From an uncultured cyanobacterium (GTDB lineage Bacteria; Cyanobacteriota; Cyanobacteriia; Cyanobacteriales; Nostocaceae), in NCBI GenBank assembly GCA_963740315.1, contig CAVUDP010000004.1, positions 973,415 through 1,037,414 on the forward strand: a stretch of DNA of 64,000 nt, written 5' to 3'. Of this stretch, positions 41,229 through 51,417 are shown in pieces. The position numbers were made by a program, and so were the translations under genes. The notes below the pieces were generated by a model that was not told where the DNA came from, did not search any database, and worked only from the letters and a program-made list of their open reading frames with translations. The first letter of the stretch is position 1, and every line of letters starts with the position of its first letter.

Positions 41229-41428
41229 AAAAATTATGGCTTTAGCTATGAATATTTTATATACTGATTATTTTCCAGAATTTGAAAACTTAAATCTAGT
41301 AATATCACTTTATGATTGACCATAAGCGTTGATTCAAATTTTTTCAAATTATTTAAAAAACTTCTTCCTAGAATTTATCGAGTTATTTTTCCTCTGCTTC
41401 CTTAACGTCTAGTAAGGTTTAATACATC

Positions 41429-43852
41429 ATGACAACCCACATATTTGGTATACGCCATCACGGTCCCGGTTCAGCACGCAGCCTGCGTCAAGCCCTAATA
41501 CAACTACAACCAGACACTATCTTAATCGAAGGACCCCCCGATGCCGAATCCTTACTACCACTAGTCGCTTCATCGCAAATGCAGCCGCCAGTAGCACTAT
41601 TAATTTACCTTCCAGACAACCCCAAAGAAAGCGTTTATTATCCCTTTGCCGTATTTTCCCCAGAGTGGCAAGCGATACAACTTGGAATAAGTAATAATAT
41701 CCCCGTGCGGTTCATGGATTTACCCCTAACGCACCGCATGGCAATGAAAGAAGGAGAAGAAGACAAGGAGATGGGGGGACAAGGGGATAAGGAGATGGGG
41801 GGACAAGGAGATAGGGAGACAGAACAAGTAGAAAATTCTACCCCCTCTACCCCCTCTCTTCCACAAGATCCCCTGGGCTTACTTGCCGAGGCAGCAGGCT
41901 ACAGCGATGGCGAACGCTGGTGGGAACAAATGGTAGAAACACGCGGAGATAGTGTAAATTTATTTACCGCTATTCTCGAAGCAATGACTGCCGTGCGTGA
42001 AGAAATGCTGCCCTTAGAAAATCCCATCGAAGCCAAACGGGAAGCATATATGCGTAAAACCATCCGTGCCGCAGAAAAAGAAGGATTTGAACGCATCGCC
42101 GTTGTTTGTGGAGCTTGGCACGCCCCCGCACTTTCCCAGATGCCGTCAGCAAAGGAAGATACTGCTTTACTCAAAGGTTTACCTAAAACAAAAGTACAGG
42201 CAACCTGGATACCTTGGACTTACGGACGTTTATCATACAGCAGCGGTTATGGTGCCGGTATAGAATCACCAGGTTGGTATCATCATCTTTGGAAATGGGG
42301 AATGGGCATGGGGGATGGGGCATTGGGCATTGGGCATGGGGCATTGGGCATTGGGCATGGAGCATTGGGCATTGAGCATGGAGCATTGGAAAAACAAGAA
42401 GATAAGGTAGAAAATTTCTCCCCATCTCCCCATCCCCCTATCTCCCCCTCTTCCCCCTCTCCCCCCTCCATCTCCATCACCTGGATGACGCGGGTAGCAC
42501 GTTTACTGCGGGAACAAGATTTGGATGCTTCTTCGGCTCACGTTATTGAAGCGGTGCGGTTGGCGGAATCTTTAGCGGCTTTGCGAAATCGTTCTTTGCC
42601 CGGTTTATCGGAATTAAATGAAGCTACGCAAACGGTGATGTGTTTTGGTAGCGATTTGCCGATGCAGTTAATTTTCGACAAGTTGATTGTTGGGGAAAGT
42701 TTGGGGAAAGTTCCCGACGAAACGCCGATGGTGCCGTTGCAGCAAGATTTACAGCGACAGCAAAAGCGCTTGCGTATGCCTGGGGATGTTACGGAAAAGA
42801 TGTACGATCTTGATTTGCGAAAAGAAAACGATTTAGCTCGCTCTCATTTGCTACATCGTCTTAATCTTTTAGATATTCCTTGGGGACAATTTCAGCAAAC
42901 TCGCGGCAAAAAGGGTACTTTCCACGAATTTTGGCTGGTGCAATGGCATCCCGAATTTGCTGTCAATTTGATTGAAGCCGGAGTTTGGGGTAATACGATT
43001 CGCGATGCTGCCAATATCAAAGCTTGTAGTGCTGCGGATACGACTGATGAGTTACCGATGCTGACAGGTTTGTTGGATAAAGTCATTTTGTCTGACTTAC
43101 CCGATGCGGTAATTTACTTGATGTCGCGATTGCAGAATGCTGCGGCTAAAACCAGCGATGTCACCCATTTAATGAATGCACTACCACCACTTGCCAAGGT
43201 TATGCGTTACGGTAACGTGCGGCAAACCGACACGGCAACGATCGCTCATGTTGTTGATGGTTTGGTAGCGAGAATCTGCATTAGTTTACCCGGTGCTTGC
43301 GCTTCCTTGGATGACGATGCAGCATCGGCGATGTATGAGAATCTAATGAAAGTGAATAATGCGATCGCGCTATTACAAAATCAAGAATATATTAGTTCTT
43401 GGCGACAAGTTTTAACGCAAATTGCCGATAATTCTAACGTACATGGTTTAATTTCCGGGCGTTGCTGTCGTTTATTATTGGATGCTGAGGTATTGGATGC
43501 AACTGAAGCAGCACGGAGAATGGGTTTGGCTTTATCTACAGCTACCGAGCCATCTTTAGCTGCTGCATGGGTAGAAGGATTTTTGAAAGGTAGTGGTTTA
43601 TTGCTTTTGCACGATGATAAGCTTTGGCAAGTTTTAGATAATTGGGTAAGTACTTTAAACGAAGATTTCTTTGTTGCTTCGTTACCTTTATTACGTCGTA
43701 CTTTTGCTACTTTTTCTGAACCCGAAAGAAGACAAATGGGTGAGAGAGTCAAGAATGGGAATGTGTTAAATGATGCTGATGATGGTAGCGATATTAATGA
43801 AGAGAATGCTGTTTTGGTATTGCCTATTTTGAAACAGTTTTTGGGAGTTTGA
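41429..43852 (+). CDS. DUF5682 / YehM-like protein with in-frame repeat insertions
   Basis: GIRHHGPGSA, IEGP, VCGAWH, GYGAG..SPGWY motifs. Confidence 0.85.
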   Translation: MTTHIFGIRHHGPGSARSLRQALIQLQPDTILIEGPPDAESLLPLVASSQMQPPVALLIYLPDNPKESVYYPFAVFSPEWQAIQLGISNNIPVRFMDLPLTHRMAMKEGEEDKEMGGQGDKEMGGQGDRETEQVENSTPSTPSLPQDPLGLLAEAAGYSDGERWWEQMVETRGDSVNLFTAILEAMTAVREEMLPLENPIEAKREAYMRKTIRAAEKEGFERIAVVCGAWHAPALSQMPSAKEDTALLKGLPKTKVQATWIPWTYGRLSYSSGYGAGIESPGWYHHLWKWGMGMGDGALGIGHGALGIGHGALGIEHGALEKQEDKVENFSPSPHPPISPSSPSPPSISITWMTRVARLLREQDLDASSAHVIEAVRLAESLAALRNRSLPGLSELNEATQTVMCFGSDLPMQLIFDKLIVGESLGKVPDETPMVPLQQDLQRQQKRLRMPGDVTEKMYDLDLRKENDLARSHLLHRLNLLDIPWGQFQQTRGKKGTFHEFWLVQWHPEFAVNLIEAGVWGNTIRDAANIKACSAADTTDELPMLTGLLDKVILSDLPDAVIYLMSRLQNAAAKTSDVTHLMNALPPLAKVMRYGNVRQTDTATIAHVVDGLVARICISLPGACASLDDDAASAMYENLMKVNNAIALLQNQEYISSWRQVLTQIADNSNVHGLISGRCCRLLLDAEVLDATEAARRMGLALSTATEPSLAAAWVEGFLKGSGLLLLHDDKLWQVLDNWVSTLNEDFFVASLPLLRRTFATFSEPERRQMGERVKNGNVLNDADDGSDINEENAVLVLPILKQFLGV

Positions 43853-43870
43853 AGGAATTACTTTATTTCA

Positions 43871-44077
43871 GTTAAACCTAGCGAGCAAGATGGTAGTTAA
43901 ACCTAGCGAGCAAGATGGTAGTTAAACCTAGCGAGCAAGATGGTAGTTAAACCTAGCGAGCAAGATGGTAGTTAAACCTAGCGAGCAAGATGGTAGTTAA
44001 ACCTAGCGAGCAAGATGGTAGTTAAACCTAGCGAGCAAGATGGTAGTTAAACCTAGCGAGCAAGATGCTCGCACTAC
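43871..44077. repeat. Tandem array of a 25-bp unit (7 full copies plus an 8th ending in a complete REP)
   Basis: GTTAAACCTAGCGAGCAAGATGGTA repeated without spacers; ends GCGAGCAAGATGCTCGCACTAC (44056-44077). Confidence 0.95.
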
Positions 44078-44203
44078 GGTTTGATTGATTTAAGATTTGA
44101 TGAATTAACCAGCAAGATGCTCCCACTACCTTTTAAATAATGTTAGAAAAAAGCAAATAAGATACCAAAACAGCTTTATATAGATAATTAAAAATTCATA
44201 ATA

Positions 44204-44653
44204 ATGAGCTTTAAAAAACAGATACCAAAGTTAGAAAAGCCAGGTAGTAAATATTCTATTACTTTTGTCACTTATGAAAGACTAGAATTAAATTTAGCAG
44301 CCCGACAAGTTGTATTCGATGCTTGTAATTTTTTTCATCAAAAAAGATATAAACTTTTTATTATTGTCATAATGCCAGACCATGTACATTTAATTGTTCA
44401 ACCTTTTATTAAATCAGAAAATGAATACTGGTCAATTGGAAGTATTTTACACAGCATTAAAAGCTATAGCTCTAAGCAAATTCCTAAAGTTATGTCGCAT
44501 ATAGGAAAAGTTTGGCAAGATGGTAGATTCGACGAAATGATTCAAACTGAAAAAGAGTTTTGCAACCAATGGGAATACATTAGACAAAATCCAGTTAAAG
44601 CTGGTTTATCAACAGCACCCGAAGAATATCCTTTTCTATGGAAAATATCTTAA
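44204..44653 (+). CDS. REP-associated tyrosine transposase (RAYT, IS200/Y1 HUH family)
   Basis: ITFVT, MPDHVH (HUH), VWQ, YIRQNPVKAGL; flanked by GTAG REPs. Confidence 0.88.
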   Translation: MSFKKQIPKLEKPGSKYSITFVTYERLELNLAARQVVFDACNFFHQKRYKLFIIVIMPDHVHLIVQPFIKSENEYWSIGSILHSIKSYSSKQIPKVMSHIGKVWQDGRFDEMIQTEKEFCNQWEYIRQNPVKAGLSTAPEEYPFLWKIS

Positions 44654-44672
44654 ATTAAACTAATTATTTTAG

Positions 44673-45160
44673 CTTGCTCGCCTTCTCGATCAAATCATCA
44701 ATTTATTTGCTCATGTAGTGCGAGCATCTTGCTCGCTCGATAACTAACTTGCTCGCTCGATAACCACTAGCTCGATCGCTAATCACAATCTTAATCTTGC
44801 TCGCCAGATAACCACCATCTTGCTCGCCTTCTCGATCGAATCATCAATTTATTTGCTCATGTAGTGCGAGCATCTTGCTCGCTCGATAACTAACTTGCTC
44901 GATAACTACCATCTTGCTCGCCAACCATAATCTTGCTCGTTAAACAACCACTAATTTGCTCACTATATAACCACTAACTTGCTCGCTCGATAACCACTAG
45001 CTCGATCGCTAATCACAATCTTAATCTTGCTCGCCAGATAACCACCATCTTGCTCGCCTTCTCGATCGAATCATTAATTTATTTGCTCATGTAGTGCGAG
45101 CATCTTGCTCGCTAGATAACCACTAACTTGCTAGATAACCACTAACTTGCTCGCTCGATC
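44673..45160. repeat. Mosaic REP array downstream of the RAYT gene
   Basis: REP GTAGTGCGAGCATCTTGCTCGC at 44715, 44861 and 45091, with many CTTGCTCGC half units. Confidence 0.9.
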
Positions 45161-45188
45161 GCATCCCTTATTAAAATCCAAAATAAAT

Positions 45189-45630
45189 ATGACAATCTAC
45201 TTCTACACCACCAATGACAAATACGGTTGCTTCTCTAATTTTTCACTCCACGGTGTTGAATTAGATGGCTTTTGGTGGAAAACTACAGAACATTATTTTC
45301 AAGCCCAAAAATTTATCGAAACTCCTCATTTAGAAGAAATTCAGCAAGCGAAAACTCCAAAACAAGCTGCCACTATGGGAAGAGATAGAAAACTTCCTTT
45401 ACGTGCGGATTGGGAAGTAGTAAAAGATGATGTGATGCGAAAAGCTGTTTTGAAAAAGTTTGAAACTCACGCGGAAATTCGCGATGTTTTACTTTCAACT
45501 GGCGATCGAGAAATAGTCGAAAATGCCCTCTTGTGATTATTATTGGGGTTGCGGGAAAGATGGTAGCGGGAAGAATATGTTAGGGAAAATTTTAATGGAA
45601 GTACGAGATAAGTTATGTTTGACAAATTAG
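45189..45630 (+). pseudogene. NADAR/YbiA family protein with a +1 frameshift
   Basis: FSNF, TEHYFQAQKF, then ENA|..DYYWGCGKDGSGKNMLGKILM in another frame; shift near 45530. Confidence 0.8.
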
Positions 45631-46413
45631 TTAGATTTGTTTTTTAATTGAAACTAATTTTTCTTTTTCATAATTTGTATCTTGAGTACCTAAAAGTTTA
45701 TCCCAAAATGTAAAATACAAACCATAATGTAGCGTATATTTACGATGATGAATTAAGTGATGTTTTGAGCCAATAAACCATTTTCCCAACCAGTTGGAAT
45801 AAAAGGATGATGGAAATAACTCGAATCCAATATGATTAAATACTGCCCATACTGTCATTACCATCAGCGCACTCAACAAGGGGATGTAATGAAGTGGTAA
45901 GACAAAAACTATACCGATAAAGAAAAGAGCCTGTATAAATGCTTCACCAGAGTCAAATGCGAATGATGTCCAAGGTGTGGGTTCTCCGGAACGATGATGA
46001 CCGAAATGTAGCTTTTTAAAGAGTAGTGGATGGTGAAACAATCGATGCATAAAGTAAAAATATGCATCTTGAAAGATAAGTAATGCCACAAAACTAACGC
46101 CTAAATACCACAATCCATATTTATCTACAGAAATATATAAACGTGTAAATCCTAAGTCATATGCTGCTATAACTAATGCCGCACAAAAAGCAAAAATTAC
46201 CGCACATAATAACGATAATTCCATATCATTTTTAATTTTTTTCCACGACGGAAGCTTATGGTTTAAACTGCTTTTATTAAAATTGGTAAAAATCGAATAA
46301 AAAAGTAAATGCGTTCCCCCACAAATCACAAAGTATCGACTAATAATTATTCCGAAAAGAGCAAGCCAGTCTAGGGAAAGCTTGTTTAAAATTGAAAATA
46401 AATTTGGTTGCAA
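45631..46413 (-). CDS. Sterol desaturase / fatty acid hydroxylase family protein
   Basis: His boxes HRLFH, HFGHH, HLIHH; start codon uncertain. Confidence 0.88.
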   Translation of the reverse strand: MQPNLFSILNKLSLDWLALFGIIISRYFVICGGTHLLFYSIFTNFNKSSLNHKLPSWKKIKNDMELSLLCAVIFAFCAALVIAAYDLGFTRLYISVDKYGLWYLGVSFVALLIFQDAYFYFMHRLFHHPLLFKKLHFGHHRSGEPTPWTSFAFDSGEAFIQALFFIGIVFVLPLHYIPLLSALMVMTVWAVFNHIGFELFPSSFYSNWLGKWFIGSKHHLIHHRKYTLHYGLYFTFWDKLLGTQDTNYEKEKLVSIKKQI

Positions 46414-46517
46414 ACTAACTTCCTAATTAATCAAGAGTTTTTGTTATTATCGATTTATACTTGATTAGCTGTAAATTACTTTTTATTTTACAACAGATTA
46501 TTAATAAAAATGAAAGT

Positions 46518-47051
46518 TTAATTTTGGGCAGTTGTTTGTTTTGGATAACCTTTAACATCAGCCAGCGCCGAAGCTGAAGCCCTTTTAACTTTCTCAATTA
46601 CGCTAAAGCTACCATCGGTTTCTAAAATTACTGCTTCTACATCTTCTATTCCTGCTATTCCTTTTGCACGTAATGCGGCTAATACTTCACCTTCGGTTAC
46701 TCTTTGATGCCGCAAAGCATGATGCTGAAATTCTCCTTGGAAAAGTAGTAAAGTTGGCTCTGCTTTAACCCATCCTTGGAATATATTAGAGCGTACAGAA
46801 ATCCAAGTAATAATAAATTGGAAAAGCACCAACAATCCAATTGCTAAAATTCCCTGTGCTAAGGAAGTACTTGAAGATAGCATTAGGCTCGCTAAAATAG
46901 AACCGAATGCAATGGTGACAATAAAATCAAAAGAATTCCATTTGGATAAAGTCCGCTTTCCAGAAATACGCATCAGAACAATTATGCCTATATAGCCTAA
47001 AGTTCCGATTACTAACGTATGTTGTAAAGAGTCCCAACTATTAAAAAACAA
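46518..47051 (-). CDS. DUF421 (YetF/YcaP) membrane protein
   Basis: RISGKRTLSK..FDF, LETDGSFSV. Confidence 0.85.
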   Translation of the reverse strand: MFFNSWDSLQHTLVIGTLGYIGIIVLMRISGKRTLSKWNSFDFIVTIAFGSILASLMLSSSTSLAQGILAIGLLVLFQFIITWISVRSNIFQGWVKAEPTLLLFQGEFQHHALRHQRVTEGEVLAALRAKGIAGIEDVEAVILETDGSFSVIEKVKRASASALADVKGYPKQTTAQN

Positions 47052-47189
47052 AACTTTCTCCCCTAATGCCTAATATGTCATAAAAAACAAGTTAGGCAGA
47101 ATTATTTTACTAATAACTCTGCCTTAAAAATTTGTTTTTAGGTAATCCTAAATATACAGATTACCATAAATTTACTGCTCAAAAGTTGA

Positions 47190-47645
47190 TTAATTAGTAG
47201 GTGGTACAACCTTTACATCTACTAACTTGACACTTTTTACACCTAAAATCTCTTTAGCTAAAGGTTCAATTGTATCGTATTCCTTTTGGTCCGGTACCGT
47301 ACCTGAAATTGCTACTACACCATCTTCAGCTTCAACAGCTAATTTTCCAGCAGGGATATTAGCTTCCAATTTAGAACGGACTTCACTTTCTAAATCGGCA
47401 TCCGCTCTCACGGTTTGATCGCCAGCTATATCATTACGCTGTTCTCTAGCGCGGATATCAGCATTTAACTGATCTTGACGGATTTCGCTAGAAGCGTCTT
47501 CTTTAGTTTCCCCAACTTTGCTAGCTTCTTCTACATTACCGCCGATAGAATCGGGAGCATCAGCACTGGTTTTTGCGGGGGTATCGCAAGCAGCCGCACC
47601 AAAAAGTAAAAAACTACCTAATACTAATGTTGTTAATTTTTTCAT
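47190..47645 (-). CDS. BON-domain lipoprotein
   Basis: Lipobox GAAAC; C-terminal BON domain (VEAEDGVVAISGTV). Confidence 0.85.
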   Translation of the reverse strand: MKKLTTLVLGSFLLFGAAACDTPAKTSADAPDSIGGNVEEASKVGETKEDASSEIRQDQLNADIRAREQRNDIAGDQTVRADADLESEVRSKLEANIPAGKLAVEAEDGVVAISGTVPDQKEYDTIEPLAKEILGVKSVKLVDVKVVPPTN

Positions 47646-47785
47646 CTTCTCCTCACTGTTATTATTGATCTGAACTAAAAACTAAAGAGCTAATTTTAAT
47701 CATATTAAGGGGAAGATAGCAAACAGAATAGTTACAGTTTTAACTTAATACTCTGCTTGCAAATATTATTACTTCCACTTAGTTT

Positions 47786-48799
47786 TTATCGATCTTTACG
47801 AATTGTGGGATTACCATCAACATCAACGTCTAATTCTTCGCGACGAATTGTTTCTTGTGCTTGAACGGTTTCGTGTTCAACTTCTTTACGAACTTTTACT
47901 TCTTCACGAACAAAAGCTTCTTTGCCAACTTCAGCAGTTTCTTCGTAAAGATCTACACGAGCAACTTCTCCATCAGAGAAATTAGCGGTACCCGGAGATA
48001 CTGCTCTTTCATTTGTAGGATTAGTACGCTCAATTACTATTCTTTCTTTCTCAACGGGAACCGCTACTCTTGCTGTTTCTGTTTCAACGTGCTTGCCTAT
48101 AGAAACTTCGCCAGCTTTATGACGCTCTTTATCTGCTACCAAACGTTCTTCGTAAAGCTTGACGTTATTATTATCTGTAGCTTCTGGACGAGGAGCTGCT
48201 GGTTTGGGAGGTGTTGCTACAGGTTGTGCAGTTTGTGCGGGTGCTGCATTTGGTGCGTTGTAAATTCCAAATTCTTCAACACCGCAACGTTGCATGATTG
48301 TTTCCGCACGTTTTACTTCAGCTTCGGTACCAGTTACCATTACCAAGAAGCTACCGCCAGCAACTCTGTCATTGTAGATTTTGGCTTTTTCTTCAGGAAT
48401 ACCCAATCCAACCAAAGCACCTACCAATCCACCAGTTGCTGCACCGATCGCACCACCAGCTAAAGTAGTTGCGATCGCAGTTGCTTCAACACCAGCAAAT
48501 ATAATCGGACCGATACCGGGAATCGCCAATGCTCCTAAACCTACAAGCAAACCAGTAATTCCGCCCAAAGCTCCACCAGTTAAAGCTCCAGCAGCAGCAC
48601 CTTCATCAGCTTTATTACCAACATCTTCTGTTGATTGAACGCCTTCTAATTTATCAGCATCTCGCGCTACTACGGAAATTCTGTCTTGCTCATAACCTGC
48701 ATCCTTTAATCCACGAACCGCAGCTTCTGCTTCGCCGCGACTGTAAAATAAACCAGCCGCTCTTTTGTAGTCGATGTTATTTGTATTTGTATATGTCAT
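47786..48799 (-). CDS. General stress protein with YsnF/AvaK (DUF2382) domain
   Basis: Gly/Ala-rich LAIPGIGP membrane segment; LYEERLV, VPVEKE, TIRREEL motifs. Confidence 0.85.
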   Translation of the reverse strand: MTYTNTNNIDYKRAAGLFYSRGEAEAAVRGLKDAGYEQDRISVVARDADKLEGVQSTEDVGNKADEGAAAGALTGGALGGITGLLVGLGALAIPGIGPIIFAGVEATAIATTLAGGAIGAATGGLVGALVGLGIPEEKAKIYNDRVAGGSFLVMVTGTEAEVKRAETIMQRCGVEEFGIYNAPNAAPAQTAQPVATPPKPAAPRPEATDNNNVKLYEERLVADKERHKAGEVSIGKHVETETARVAVPVEKERIVIERTNPTNERAVSPGTANFSDGEVARVDLYEETAEVGKEAFVREEVKVRKEVEHETVQAQETIRREELDVDVDGNPTIRKDR

Positions 48800-49364
48800 A
48801 TTGAGTTCTCCTAATTAACAATAAGTACTAACGCTATAGATGTATCTTTAAATAAAGATTTACATTAGCTTATACGCAATAATATTTTTTGCTTGCGTAC
48901 ATTCAAATCATCTCAAGTTTTTCTGCATATCGCTTCTATCAAAAGAACCATGAATGAGTTAATCAAAAGATAGAAAATTTGTCAATCCCTAAATAAAACT
49001 AAAGTTTTTGTGATGAATTTATCTAAAATAATCTGTTTGATTTTGAAGTTAGCACTCAAACAGTTTGAAAAAGAAATATTTTACCTATCAATAACTAAAA
49101 TTCATAGCTAGAAAGATTTTGAGCGATTGCGATCGATATGATATTTTACTTCTATTTTAAAATAGGTAAATCTTAAATAGTTATTTGTTCGTTTTTTTTT
49201 AGATATAGTCCAAATTTATAAAATAGACATCTATCATATTCCAATGCAATTTCTAATTTACGATCTAAAATAATTAATCTAGCTAAAGATAGATTGAGAA
49301 TTAAACTTTACATAACTTACGATAGGATTTTGCAGCATGATTTAATCCAAAATCTAAAAATAAT

Positions 49365-50522
49365 ATGACGGAAAGCTCGAACAACGAACGTCTCCGCCGT
49401 TGGCGACTCATCCTTGGTAGTAAGAAAGCCGATGGTACTGGCTGCAAATTAACTGGTGCTGATGCCAAAATCGATAAATCTTTGGATGCGCTGTATGATT
49501 CAGAACGCTCTGGTGGCTTGGGTAGTTCGTCGCCAAAAGTTGCTCGATGGCTGGGTGATATCCGCAATTATTTCCCTTCATCGGTGGTAAAAGTGATGCA
49601 GCAAGACGCACTCGATCGCCTCAATTTGCGTCAAATGTTACTTCAACCAGAAATGCTATCGGCAGTGGAACCCGACGTACATTTGGTTGCAGATTTGCTG
49701 TCTTTGAGCAGTATTATGCCGGAAAAAACCAAAGATACCGCTCGTCAAGTTGTGCGTCGCGTTGTGGAAGAATTGCAGCGCAAACTGACAAACCCTACCC
49801 AACAAGCCGTGATGGGCAGCCTCAACCGCGCTATCCGCAACCGTCGCCCTCGACACAACGAAATCGATTGGAACCGCACCATCCGCGCTAACTTGAAACA
49901 TTATCAACCCGAATACCGCACAATTATTCCTGAAATTCGCATCGGCTACGGACGCAAACGCAATAATTTACGCAATATTATACTTTGCATAGACCAAAGC
50001 GGTTCGATGGCAACTTCTGTAGTTTATGCCGGAATATTTGGAGCAGTTTTAGCATCTTTAGCAGCCATCCAAACCCGGATAGTTGTCTTCGATACCGCAG
50101 TCGCAGATTTAACCGATGAAGCTCAAGATCCAGTAGAATTACTGTTTGGCACTCAACTCGGTGGCGGTACAGATATCAATCAAGCCTTAGCTTATTGTCA
50201 AAGCTTTATTCAAAAACCACAAGATACCATTTTGGTATTGATTAGCGACTTGTACGAAGGAGGCGATCGCCTTTCAATGTTAAAGCGTGTTGCAGCAATA
50301 GTCAATTCTGGGGTGCAGCTAGTAACTTTACTCGCGTTGAATGACGAAGGCGCACCGATGTACGACCATAGAATAGCAGAAGAATTTGCTAAAATGGGTA
50401 GTCCGGCTTTTGCTTGCAGCCCCGATAAATTTCCCGATTTAATGGCAGCAGCGATTCAGAAACAGGATATTGCTCAATGGGCGGCAGCGAATGATATTGT
50501 TACCAAGGGGCATGGGGGATAG
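49365..50522 (+). CDS. VWA domain protein (YehP/CoxE-like)
   Basis: RRWRLILG N-terminus, MIDAS DQSGSM, GGGTDI, ISDLYEG. Confidence 0.9.
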   Translation: MTESSNNERLRRWRLILGSKKADGTGCKLTGADAKIDKSLDALYDSERSGGLGSSSPKVARWLGDIRNYFPSSVVKVMQQDALDRLNLRQMLLQPEMLSAVEPDVHLVADLLSLSSIMPEKTKDTARQVVRRVVEELQRKLTNPTQQAVMGSLNRAIRNRRPRHNEIDWNRTIRANLKHYQPEYRTIIPEIRIGYGRKRNNLRNIILCIDQSGSMATSVVYAGIFGAVLASLAAIQTRIVVFDTAVADLTDEAQDPVELLFGTQLGGGTDINQALAYCQSFIQKPQDTILVLISDLYEGGDRLSMLKRVAAIVNSGVQLVTLLALNDEGAPMYDHRIAEEFAKMGSPAFACSPDKFPDLMAAAIQKQDIAQWAAANDIVTKGHGG

Positions 50523-50602
50523 AAAGTTAGGAGTTAGGACCACCGGAGTTAGGAATGAGGAGTTAAAGAATTTCGGATTATGGATTGGGTATAGGTTTTC
50601 AA

Positions 50603-51223
50603 TTATCTTGATGAAGCATAGTCAAAAACTTGTTGAGCGGTGAGATTCAGTTGTGGGAAGAGAGGAGAAATGATGCGATTATTGCCTGTAAACGCATTCA
50701 TTTGATATTCACCATCAATCAGTTCGCATACAAAAATAGTTGGCTGTTTAGGATTACCGATGAATTTACGTCCACCCAATGCGGCATAATCGGCAATCCA
50801 GTATTCACGGATACCCATTTCTTCATAATCTCCAAATTTGTCATAGTAGTCATCGCGCCAATTGGAACTAACTACTTCAATTACTAATGCAACCGACTCG
50901 GCTTTAACAATTGTGGATGACTTATTCCATAAAGGCTCGTTTGTAAGATTATCAAAATTCAGTAGCAATATATCGGGTAAGTAAGCAGATTCCGCAGAAG
51001 GAGTTTTAACATATCCAGTTTTAGGAATTCCGTATGGTAGATTAAGACGGTCAAACTCTACGGTAAGCTTGCGTGACAAAAACGCGATAACTTTTTCATG
51101 CTCTCCGCTTGGTGGGGGCATCTCTACAATTGCTCCTTTATGCAGTTCGTAGCGTTTGCCATCCCTTGGAAGCCATTCGATAAATGAACGATAGGTTATT
51201 TGCTTGGGTAAGGCTTGAGTCAT
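50603..51223 (-). CDS. Uma2 family endonuclease
   Basis: YELHKG, PD, LVIEVVS, GIREYWI. Confidence 0.92.
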   Translation of the reverse strand: MTQALPKQITYRSFIEWLPRDGKRYELHKGAIVEMPPPSGEHEKVIAFLSRKLTVEFDRLNLPYGIPKTGYVKTPSAESAYLPDILLLNFDNLTNEPLWNKSSTIVKAESVALVIEVVSSNWRDDYYDKFGDYEEMGIREYWIADYAALGGRKFIGNPKQPTIFVCELIDGEYQMNAFTGNNRIISPLFPQLNLTAQQVFDYASSR

Positions 51224-51417
51224 GGTTTATTCCGAATATATTTGACTTTAACATTCAAGAGCCGTAGTAAGTAAATGATTCATTTTTTGTTGAAAAACGG
51301 CATATTCCTTTAGTTAGAAGACGAATCAACCTTAAGACTGATATTCTATAACCAATATTTATATAGAAGCTTATTTACGTAGTTTTCGACTCTGCATATT
51401 TATTTGGAACTCAATTA

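Noticed and set aside
42183..42480. Minus-strand ORFs with PMPHAQC/PNAPCPM repeats as RiPP precursors or metallothioneins
   Set aside because: They are alternative-frame readings of the 7-bp STRR tract, and no modifying enzymes are nearby
43871..45160. Possible CRISPR array
   Set aside because: Upstream units are contiguous with no unique spacers, downstream intervening sequences are themselves repeated, and no cas genes are present; the repeats are REP-derived
47855..48463. 202-aa Phe/Cys-rich + strand ORF
   Set aside because: Antisense to the YsnF/AvaK-domain gene, with shadow-ORF composition
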